A DNA stretch of 13,981 nt from a bacterium (GTDB lineage: Bacteria; Patescibacteriota; Minisyncoccia; Phycocordibacterales; SBAW01), in contig JAKALC010000011.1 of assembly GCA_021813335.1 (NCBI GenBank), positions 1 to 13,981 on the forward strand. The letters run 5' to 3'. The number at the start of each line of letters is the position of its first letter. Position 1 is the stretch's first letter. The notes beneath the pieces were generated by a model, which was not told where the DNA came from, searched no databases, and saw nothing but the letters and a program-made list of their open reading frames with translations. Made by a program: the position numbers and the translations under genes. Of the stretch, positions 7,242 through 12,693 are shown one piece after another.

Positions 7242-7553
7242 ATGCGTATGACCCTTCCTCCCCTCACCTCCCTCGCGAAGCGCTTCAGGTACGGCGCGTC
7301 CATCGACCCCGTCCGCGACTGGCTCGTCCTCCTCATTGTTGCGGCTCTGGCGTTCATCGGCATCGTCGCGTGGAATATCTGGGCGTTCGATACCGTCGCG
7401 GGCGGAGGTACCATCGGTTCTCCGGCTCCCGTCGCGCCGCCCGCCTTCAGCCAATCCTCGCTTGACACCATCCGCGCCATCTTTGCGAGCCGCGCGGCGG
7501 AGGAAGCGAAATACGCGGACGGCACGTATTCTTTCGCGGATCCCTCGCACTAG
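7242..7553 (+). CDS. Small single-TM protein, last gene of the pil operon, function unknown
   Basis: The ATG directly follows the pilO TGA (TGAATG). The TM segment is WLVLLIVAALAFIGIVAWNIWAF. Codon usage matches its neighbours. Confidence 0.5.
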   Translation: MRMTLPPLTSLAKRFRYGASIDPVRDWLVLLIVAALAFIGIVAWNIWAFDTVAGGGTIGSPAPVAPPAFSQSSLDTIRAIFASRAAEEAKYADGTYSFADPSH

Positions 7554-7634
7554 CCGGAGGAACCGCGCCAAGCGCAGCGAAGCGAAAACAACGGCTCGCA
7601 TCCGAGCCCGCTTGGTAGTAGGGTGGGGAAGTTC

Positions 7635-7706
7635 GCCCCCGTAGCTCAATGGACAGAGCCGCGGACTTCTAAGCCGCTGATGTGGGTTCGATTCCTACCG
7701 GGGGCA
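7635..7706 (+). tRNA. tRNA-Arg(UCU)
   Basis: GCCCCCG TA GCTC AATGGACA GAGC C GCGGA CTTCTAA GCCGC TGAT GTGGG TTCGATT CCTAC CGGGGGC A. The cloverleaf closes and the anticodon is TCT. Confidence 0.9.
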
Positions 7707-7737
7707 CAGCTGGTCCGCCCGTCAGCGGACGAGACAG

Positions 7738-7819
7738 GGGCATGTGGCGGAACTGGTATACGCGTACGTCTCAGAAGCGTATGTCGCAAGACGTGAGGGT
7801 TCGACTCCCTCCATGCCCA
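7738..7819 (+). tRNA. tRNA-Leu(CAG), type II
   Basis: GGGCATG ... TACGT CTCAGAA GCGTA, variable arm TGTCGCAAGACGT, GAGGG TTCGACT CCCTC CATGCCC A. The anticodon is CAG. Confidence 0.85.
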
Positions 7820-7834
7820 CACGAAAATAAAAAT

Positions 7835-7907
7835 GCACCCTTAGCTCAGTCGGTAGAGCAGCGCATTTACACTGCGAAGGCCGGGGGTTCGAGTCCCTCA
7901 GGGTGCA
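7835..7907 (+). tRNA. tRNA-Val(UAC)
   Basis: GCACCCT TA GCTC AGTCGGTA GAGC A GCGCA TTTACAC TGCGA AGGCC GGGGG TTCGAGT CCCTC AGGGTGC A. The anticodon is TAC. Confidence 0.9.
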
Positions 7908-7946
7908 CTTGAAACTAAACGCCCGGCGGTCTAGGTTTCCAGGGAT

Positions 7947-8645
7947 ATGACCGAACGCGGGGATCCGCCCGGCGCCGCGTGCGTCGGCATCATTATGGAC
8001 GGGAACCGACGCTGGGCGCGTTCGCGCGGCTTGCCGAGCATCGACGGACACACCGCGGGCTTCGCGAAGGCGAAAGAAATCATCCGCCACGCGTTTTCGC
8101 GCGGCATCGGCACCGCGATCCTCTACGCGTTTTCGACGGAGAACTGGAATCGCGCGCCGGAGGAGGTCTCCTATCTTATGCGGCTCTTCGCGAACGCTCT
8201 TGCGGACGAACTCGCCGAAATTTCCCGGGAGGGCATCCGCATCCGGTTTCTCGGCGACCTCGCGCGCCTGCCGGAGGAGCTCCGCGCCGCCGCGCGGAAA
8301 CTCGAGACCGAAAGCGCCGCGGGCGGCGCGGAGAAGACGCTCGCCATCGCGCTTTCCTACGGCGGCCGCGCGGAAATACTCGCGGCGATGAACCGGCTTC
8401 TCGCCGCGGGGACACGCGCGGTCGGCGAGGAAGAGATGAATGCCGCCCTCTGGAGCGCGGGTCTGCCGGACCCCGACCTCGTCATCCGCACGGGCGGCGA
8501 GAAGCGCCTCTCCGGATTCCTCCCGTGGCAGTCGGTCTACAGCGAGCTTTTTTTCACCGATACGCTCTGGCCCGATTTTTCGCGGGAGGAATTCGACGGC
8601 ATCCTGGCCGGCTTCGCCGCGCGCGAGCGGCGGCGCGGGAAGTGA
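7947..8645 (+). CDS. uppS: Undecaprenyl (di-trans,poly-cis-polyprenyl) diphosphate synthase
   Basis: VGIIMDGNRRWA, AILYAFSTENWNRAPEEV, and the IRTGGEKRLSGFLPWQSVYSELFF and RERRRG tail are all canonical UppS blocks. Confidence 0.9.
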   Translation: MTERGDPPGAACVGIIMDGNRRWARSRGLPSIDGHTAGFAKAKEIIRHAFSRGIGTAILYAFSTENWNRAPEEVSYLMRLFANALADELAEISREGIRIRFLGDLARLPEELRAAARKLETESAAGGAEKTLAIALSYGGRAEILAAMNRLLAAGTRAVGEEEMNAALWSAGLPDPDLVIRTGGEKRLSGFLPWQSVYSELFFTDTLWPDFSREEFDGILAGFAARERRRGK

Positions 8646-8668
8646 CGGGAAGTGCTACGCTCCTAGGG

Positions 8669-9391
8669 ATGGAACTTCCCGTCCTCTACGAAGACGCGGA
8701 CGTCGTCGCGGTCGCGAAGCCCGCGGGGATTGCGACGCATCCGGACGGACGCTCGAGCGCGCCGACCGCCGAGGATTGGTTCAAGGAGAAGTACCCTGGC
8801 GTAAAGCTCGAGCGGCCCTATGCGCACCGCCTCGACCGCGACACCTCCGGCGTCCTCGCGTTCGCGAAAAGCGCGCCGGCGCATGAATTCCTCCGCAAAG
8901 CGTTTACCGGCCGCGCCGTGCGGAAAACCTATCTCGCCTTCGTGTACGGCGTGCCGAAAGAACGGAAAGGAACTATCGATTTCGACATCGGCCGCTCGCG
9001 CAAGGACTTCCGCCTGCGGAGCGCCCAGCCGAAGGCGCGCGGGCGCCTGCGCGCCGCGGTGACGCGCTACGAAGTCGTCGCCGACGACGGCGCATACGCG
9101 CTCCTCAGAGTCGAGCCGGAGACGGGCCGGACGCACCAGATCCGCGTGCACCTGAAAGCCATCCACCATCCCGTCGTCGGCGACCCGCTCTACGCGCCGG
9201 AGCGCCCGCCGGCGCTCGGCGCGGAGCGCCTCGCGCTCCACGCCTATGCGCTCGACCTGCCGCTCCCGTCGGGCGGGCAGGCGCGCATCCTCGCTCCGGT
9301 CCCCGCCGACCTCGCCCCCGCGCTCGCGCATTTCCCCTCCGCGCGCGGAAGATTTTCGGAAACTGCAGAAGGGCACCTTCTGCAACTGTAG
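8669..9391 (+). CDS. RluA-family pseudouridine synthase (no N-terminal S4 domain)
   Basis: The start is MELPVLYEDADVVAVAKPAGIATHP. The catalytic block HRLDRDTSGVLAFAK and ETGRTHQIRVHL are present. The last 9 codons and the TAG stop (9389-9391) overlap the structured element described below. Confidence 0.85.
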   Translation: MELPVLYEDADVVAVAKPAGIATHPDGRSSAPTAEDWFKEKYPGVKLERPYAHRLDRDTSGVLAFAKSAPAHEFLRKAFTGRAVRKTYLAFVYGVPKERKGTIDFDIGRSRKDFRLRSAQPKARGRLRAAVTRYEVVADDGAYALLRVEPETGRTHQIRVHLKAIHHPVVGDPLYAPERPPALGAERLALHAYALDLPLPSGGQARILAPVPADLAPALAHFPSARGRFSETAEGHLLQL

Positions 9392-9631
9392 AACCGGTCT
9401 CAAAAATAATGGCCGAGCGAGAGCCGGATTTTTCGAGCGAGAATCGCCGGCGCAGACTGAAACGTATCGAGATACGCTGAAGGCGAGCCGTTGCGGTTCG
9501 GAGCCGAAAAATCCGGTTCGTAGCGGCCACGCATTTCCAAAGGTTATTTTTGAGACCGGTTCTAATAATTTTTACAGGTTCCGGCTGCAGAAGGTGCCCT
9601 TCTGTAGCTTCTGCAGCCGGAATTGTTTTTA
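9363..9631 (+). ncRNA. Candidate structured RNA / cis-regulatory leader upstream of rplS (alternatively a MITE/REPIN-like hairpin element)
   Basis: There are three nested inverted-repeat pairs. A is 9363-9384 with 9586-9606 (21/22). B is 9389-9409 with 9544-9564 (21/21). C is 9421-9435 with 9505-9519 (15 pairs including one G-U). A small core hairpin is cgtat/atacg at 9462-9475. The strand is assigned only from the downstream terminator. Confidence 0.4.
9581..9631 (+). terminator. Intrinsic-terminator-like hairpin 30 nt upstream of rplS
   Basis: A perfect 13-bp stem ccggctgcagaag (9581-9593) / cttctgcagccgg (9608-9620) with a 14-nt loop is followed by aattgttttta. The 5' arm overlaps the segment complementary to 9363-9384. 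Confidence 0.6.
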
Positions 9632-9660
9632 GCAGGAGCGCGTGGTAGAGTGCGCGAATT

Positions 9661-10176
9661 ATGCAGAAGGTCATCACGCCCGTGAACGTCGAAGGACGCG
9701 CGAAACTCGGCATCCGCCCGGGAGATACCGTCCGCGTCGTGCAGAACATCGTCGAACTCAAGAAGGGCCGCGGCACCGACAAGAAAGAGAAGACCGTCAA
9801 AAACGCTCGTACGCAGGCGTTCGAAGGTCTCGTGCTCTCCGTCAAGCACGGCACGGAGCCGGGCGCCACCTTTACCGTCCGCGCGGTCCTTTCGGGCGTC
9901 GGCGTGGAAAAGACCTTCCCGCTCTATTCCCCCGTCATCGATTCCATCGAGATCATGAAGCGCTCGAAAGTCCGCCGCGCGAAGCTTTATTTCATCCGCG
10001 AGAAGGCCGCCAAAGAAATGCGCCGCCAGCTGAGGAACGCGCGCATGGTGAACCTCAAGAGCGACGAAGAAATCGCACCCATCGCGCCCATCGCGCCCGC
10101 GGAGACAGCGAACGAAGAAGTCGCTCCGGGGACGGAGCCGGTAGCAGAAGAGAAATCAGCTGAAACAATTAGTTAG
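9661..10176 (+). CDS. rplS: 50S ribosomal protein L19 with acidic/Pro-Ala-rich C-terminal extension
   Basis: GIRPGDTVRVVQNIVE...RTQAFEGLVLSVKHGTEPGATFTVRAV..GVGVEKTFPLYSPVIDSIEI..RSKVRRAKLYFIR is canonical L19. About 50 extra C-terminal residues include IAPIAPIAP. Confidence 0.9.
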   Translation: MQKVITPVNVEGRAKLGIRPGDTVRVVQNIVELKKGRGTDKKEKTVKNARTQAFEGLVLSVKHGTEPGATFTVRAVLSGVGVEKTFPLYSPVIDSIEIMKRSKVRRAKLYFIREKAAKEMRRQLRNARMVNLKSDEEIAPIAPIAPAETANEEVAPGTEPVAEEKSAETIS

Positions 10177-10249
10177 GAAGCGTGGCTCATTTTTTATTTA
10201 TCCACAACTAGTAGACACTATTACCTTGAGGATATGTTACTATATCCAG

Positions 10250-10939
10250 ATGGGGAAGCGCGGCCCAAAGCCTGGTTTTAACGCAAAAAGGAAGATTGCG
10301 GAAACATGGTCGCCTAACCTTGCGTATGCAATTGGACTGCTAGCGACTGACGGCTGTTTATCGCCTCCAGGACATCTTATAGATTTAACTTCTAAAGATC
10401 GCGAACAGCTTGAAAATTTTCGGCACTGCATAGGCATCGACCTGAAAATAACAAAAAAACATTCCGGCGGCAGAGAATATTTAAGAATACAATTCAAAAA
10501 TACTCTTTTTTATAATTTCCTTATTTCGATAGGACTTACACCGGCGAAATCTAAAACGCTCGGCCCACTTGCGATTCCACAAAGATACTTTTTTCATTTC
10601 CTGCGCGGCGTTTTTGATGGCGACGGCAGTACCTATTCATACTGGGATCCTCGCTGGAAGTCGAGCTTTATGTACTATGTATGTTTTGCATCGGCGAGCA
10701 GGTTGTTTATTGATTGGCTACGAGAAAATATTGAGAAGCATCTTTCTGTGAAAGGACATGTGACATCGGCGAAAAGGAATACCTGTTATCAGCTGAAATA
10801 TGCCAAAGGTGACAGTCTGAAGATATTGCGACGAATGTACCAGAATGCGTCCAAAGGATCTTATTTATCGCGCAAGAGATTGAAAATAGAGCATACATTA
10901 CGTATAGTAGGGGAGTCTTTGTCCCCAAGAAGAAGTTGA
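10250..10939 (+). CDS. Free-standing double-motif LAGLIDADG homing endonuclease-like protein
   Basis: Two LAGLIDADG motifs are present: LAYAIGLLATDGCLS and FLRGVFDGDGST. G+C is markedly lower than in rplS. The start was set at ATG 10250 (MGKRGPKPG) rather than the TTG at 10226. The stop lies 9 nt before tRNA-Leu. Confidence 0.8.
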   Translation: MGKRGPKPGFNAKRKIAETWSPNLAYAIGLLATDGCLSPPGHLIDLTSKDREQLENFRHCIGIDLKITKKHSGGREYLRIQFKNTLFYNFLISIGLTPAKSKTLGPLAIPQRYFFHFLRGVFDGDGSTYSYWDPRWKSSFMYYVCFASASRLFIDWLRENIEKHLSVKGHVTSAKRNTCYQLKYAKGDSLKILRRMYQNASKGSYLSRKRLKIEHTLRIVGESLSPRRS

Positions 10940-10948
10940 CAAAGTAAC

Positions 10949-11029
10949 GCCCAGGTGGTGTAATGGTAAACACGTATGCTTGAGGTGCATATGCCGCAAG
11001 GCGTGGAGGTTCGAGTCCTCTCCTGGGCA
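10949..11029 (+). tRNA. tRNA-Leu(GAG), type II
   Basis: GCCCAGG ... TATGC TTGAGGT GCATA, variable arm TGCCGCAAGGCGT, GGAGG TTCGAGT CCTCT CCTGGGC A. The anticodon is GAG with G37. Confidence 0.85.
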
Positions 11030-11037
11030 CAAACAAC

Positions 11038-11058
11038 AAACGCCTTAGGGCGTTTTTT
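11038..11058 (+). terminator. Rho-independent terminator after tRNA-Leu(GAG)
   Basis: aaacgcc ttag ggcgttt is followed by a T-run. The outer flanks (acaaacaacaaa / ttttttgtttgt) extend the pairing. Confidence 0.7.
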
Positions 11059-11104
11059 GTTTGTGCGCAGAGGGCACCAGAGTTCCCAATAAACAGAGTC
11101 AGAA

Positions 11105-11320
11105 ATGAAAGCGATCGGCGCGTGGAGAGGTATGCTAGGGAAACAGTGGTATAGCTGGGATGAGTTTGTAGAAAAAGTTAAAGAGTGGAAAGTGTCATCA
11201 GCCATTCAATATCTCGCTCGCTATAAACTTGATCCAAGAATGCCAAGCGTTCCGCGCTTGATCTATCCGAACGAATGGAAAGACGTAGGCGGTAGCTTCA
11301 AGGCAGTATTGGACCTTTAA
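11105..11320 (+). CDS. Small protein resembling a single 'integrase repeat' unit
   Basis: WYSWDEFVEKVKEWKVSSAIQYLARYKLDPRMPSVPRLIYPNEWKDVGGSF fits my recollection of the roughly 50-aa unit W-x-[ST]-[FWY]-[DE]E...S-x-x-[EQ]Y...DPR[LM]PS-x-P-x-x-x-Y-x-x-EWKG-x-G-x-F. The gene is low G+C and has its own terminator. Confidence 0.45.
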   Translation: MKAIGAWRGMLGKQWYSWDEFVEKVKEWKVSSAIQYLARYKLDPRMPSVPRLIYPNEWKDVGGSFKAVLDL

Positions 11321-11350
11321 TCCGATACCGCACGTGCAAACGAAGATTCG

Positions 11351-11389
11351 ACGCCAGGTCGCCCGAACGGGACCTGGCGTATTTGTTTG
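11351..11389 (+). terminator. Rho-independent terminator of 11105-11320
   Basis: A 10-bp stem acgccaggtc / gacctggcgt with a 10-nt loop is followed by atttgtttg. Confidence 0.7.
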
Positions 11390-11582
11390 CAGATTTCTGA
11401 CATAGGACAATCGATGCATTTTCTCCGTACTCACAATGCATTTTGCATAGATAGAACCCAGTTCGGAAACAGGGGTAATCCTGCGCACCCGCGATTCGAT
11501 TGGCGCTCGGTTTCCGCCGTGCTAGCATCTTTTTCGGGAAGTTCGATAAAACGGTTCATTCAACAAACGGGAGATCGCAGCG

Positions 11583-11819
11583 ATGTGCTATGCGTCTTTG
11601 GCGGCGCGGGGCGTCAGTTGTATCCGGACCGTCAGGAAACCGGAGCAGCTGAAGCGCAGGAAGCCCCGGCTGGGCATCGAAAAGTTGAAGGTCCTGAAGG
11701 AAAACCGCCTTCGTGAGGCGCGCCGGGCGGCGGCGAAGCTCGCGCGGCGAAAGCGCAAAAAGGCGAAGAAAGAAAGGGAGGCGCGGAAGATTTTGCGCCA
11801 GCGCAAACTTCTCCACTGA
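11583..11819 (+). CDS. Highly basic Lys/Arg-rich 78-aa protein (possible nucleic-acid binder), function unknown
   Basis: A GGGAGA SD at 11569-11574 lies 8 nt before the ATG. The + strand is purine-rich. The ORF ends 10 nt before a strong hairpin. The sequence is RKPEQLKRRKPRLGIEKLKVLKENRLREARRAAAKLARRKRKKAKKEREARKILRQRKLLH. Its low complexity keeps confidence modest. Confidence 0.4.
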   Translation: MCYASLAARGVSCIRTVRKPEQLKRRKPRLGIEKLKVLKENRLREARRAAAKLARRKRKKAKKEREARKILRQRKLLH

Positions 11820-11828
11820 ACAAAGTCA

Positions 11829-11856
11829 AAGCCCGGACGCGGATGCGTCCGGGCTT
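11829..11856. terminator. Bidirectional terminator hairpin between convergent genes
   Basis: A 12-bp stem aagcccggacgc / gcgtccgggctt has the loop ggat. On the minus strand it is followed by tttgactttg, so it is the better terminator for the minus-strand operon. Confidence 0.7.
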
Positions 11857-11873
11857 GCTGATTGCGTTGCGGT

Positions 11874-12101
11874 TCAGAGGAGGCGGTAGAGCGCCTTCAC
11901 CGCCATTTCCGCGAAATGGCTCGCGGCCGGGATGGCGAAGGCGACGAGCAGAGCAATTCCGATCTCGCCCGTCCACTCTACTTCTGAAATTTCCCCCTTG
12001 TTTCTCGGCACTTCGAGGATCTTTTCCATCCACTCCTCGTCCACGATGGCCGGAGTGATCCCCTCGGTACCGACGATCTCGATCCTTATCTCATTCCCCA
12101 T
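11874..12101 (-). CDS. 75-aa protein with acidic N-terminal domain and C-terminal hydrophobic anchor, unknown function
   Basis: ORF 11874-12164 was trimmed to ATG 12101, which follows AGGGGAGAGGTGAGA (a strong SD). The sequence is MGNEIRIEIVGTEGITPAIVDEEWMEKILEVPRNKGEISEVEWTGEIGIALLVAFAIPAASHFAEMAVKALYRLL. Confidence 0.5.
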   Translation of the reverse strand: MGNEIRIEIVGTEGITPAIVDEEWMEKILEVPRNKGEISEVEWTGEIGIALLVAFAIPAASHFAEMAVKALYRLL

Positions 12102-12170
12102 TCTCACCTCTCCCCTGAAATGAACAGCTGCGGATTCGAACGTGGAATTCGTTTCTGGACTCACGGTATC

Positions 12171-12368
12171 TCATCGCCGCCATGCTCGCCACCCGAAGAA
12201 GCCGGCGAGCGCGAAGCTCGCGACGACGGCGAGGGTCTGGAACCATCCCCACTCCGTCTTGAGCGTATGCGTGACTCCGGCGATGATCAGATACAGGCCG
12301 ACGGCGGCGAAGATAGGCGCCTTGAGCGCGTCTTCGTGTTTCCGGTCATGCTCATCATCCTGCGGCAT
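12171..12368 (-). CDS. 65-aa two-TM membrane protein, unknown function
   Basis: ORF 12171-12488 was trimmed to ATG 12368, which follows AGGGAGGAAGAA. The sequence is MPQDDEHDRKHEDALKAPIFAAVGLYLIIAGVTHTLKTEWGWFQTLAVVASFALAGFFGWRAWRR. Confidence 0.5.
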   Translation of the reverse strand: MPQDDEHDRKHEDALKAPIFAAVGLYLIIAGVTHTLKTEWGWFQTLAVVASFALAGFFGWRAWRR

Positions 12369-12378
12369 TTCTTCCTCC

Positions 12379-12522
12379 CTAGCGGTAACCGAGGACGCTG
12401 TTCCAGTCCACGGTTGTTGCGATGAGCGCAAGTAGAAAAAGGGTCCCGGCGAGAACCCCTTTCCAATCATCGCGCCCGGATGCGCCAAGCCAACCCTGGC
12501 GCTCCTTTGTGTGATAGTCCAT
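12379..12522 (-). CDS. 47-aa single-TM membrane protein, unknown function
   Basis: ORF 12379-12579 was trimmed to ATG 12522, which follows CAGGAGAGATCCT. The sequence is MDYHTKERQGWLGASGRDDWKGVLAGTLFLLALIATTVDWNSVLGYR. Its stop lies 10 nt before the next start. Confidence 0.45.
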   Translation of the reverse strand: MDYHTKERQGWLGASGRDDWKGVLAGTLFLLALIATTVDWNSVLGYR

Positions 12523-12551
12523 AGGATCTCTCCTGAAGTTGATCTGATACA

Positions 12552-12579
12552 ACAATAGCATTTTCATATAAAAAGTCAA
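12552..12579 (-). promoter_or_regulatory. Sigma70-like promoter of the three-gene mini-protein operon
   Basis: On the minus strand, TTGACT (12579-12574), a 16-nt spacer and TATTGT (12557-12552) are present. This lies about 30 nt upstream of ATG 12522. Confidence 0.45.
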
Positions 12580-12644
12580 TACTACCAGAGTGAATTCTCA
12601 CCCTAAACGCAACAAACCCTGACGCATTGAAAAGGTGCGGCTTT

Positions 12645-12693
12645 TTGACTTCTTGACTGACACTAAGTGTCAGTCAAGAAGTGTCAGTCAAGA
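12645..12693. repeat. 35-bp perfect palindrome plus tandem 14-bp repeats (operator/iteron-like) in a divergent intergenic region
   Basis: acttcttgactgacact (12648-12664), a centre base a, and agtgtcagtcaagaagt (12666-12682) form the palindrome. The unit agtgtcagtcaaga occurs in tandem at 12666-12679 and 12680-12693. An extra TTGACT lies at 12645-12650. Confidence 0.8.

Noticed and set aside
6576-7649. Very long antisense or alternative-frame ORFs. Examples are 6576-7649 (357 aa), 5322-6191, 6746-7525, 218-1060, 734-1504, 4066-4665, 9105-9869, 12753-13400 and 12794-13429.
   Set aside because: Their translations are Arg/Gly/Ala/Pro-rich low-complexity strings with no recognisable motifs. They overlap recognisable genes on the other strand or frame. 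Long stop-free frames are expected by chance in DNA this G+C-rich.
7713-7730. The hairpin gtccgc-ccgtca-gcggac in the spacer between tRNA-Arg and tRNA-Leu, considered as a possible regulatory element.
   Set aside because: It is a short 6-bp stem in a 31-nt tRNA spacer and is most simply a processing or structural spacer. There is nothing to distinguish it from chance in GC-rich DNA.
7682-8113. ORFs 7682-7912 (+), 7722-8090 (-) and 7931-8113 (-).
   Set aside because: They run straight through three well-folding tRNA genes and the start of uppS, so they are not credible coding regions.
7979-8668. The N-terminal roughly 230 codons of ORF 7979-9391, considered as a giant fusion upstream of the pseudouridine synthase.
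   Set aside because: This part is out of frame with, and fully inside, the clearly recognisable uppS gene and is Arg-rich nonsense. RluA homology starts at MELPVLYEDAD (ATG 8669).
9363-9640. The structured element considered as a retron msr/msd, a T-box leader, tmRNA, RNase P RNA or SRP RNA.
   Set aside because: No reverse transcriptase gene follows (rplS does). I see no T-box (AGAGA/GGUGGUACCGCG-like) motifs, no tRNA-like end plus tag ORF, and none of the conserved RNase P (GAGGAAAGUCC) or SRP (GGAA/AGCA domain IV) motifs. A 6S-like RNA could not be excluded and is kept as an alternative in the finding.
11387-11716. ORF 11387-11716 (+, 109 aa) overlapping the basic-protein gene.
   Set aside because: It has no SD, starts in the AT-rich spacer and crosses into a different frame of the purine-rich region. 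The 11583-11819 frame has an SD and ends at the terminator, so it was preferred, still with low confidence.
12666-12693. A possible CRISPR or mini-array suggested by the repeated AGTGTCAGTCAAGA units.
   Set aside because: There are only two 14-bp units, directly abutting with no spacers, and they are part of a larger palindrome. No cas genes are present. It is better described as operator/iteron-like.
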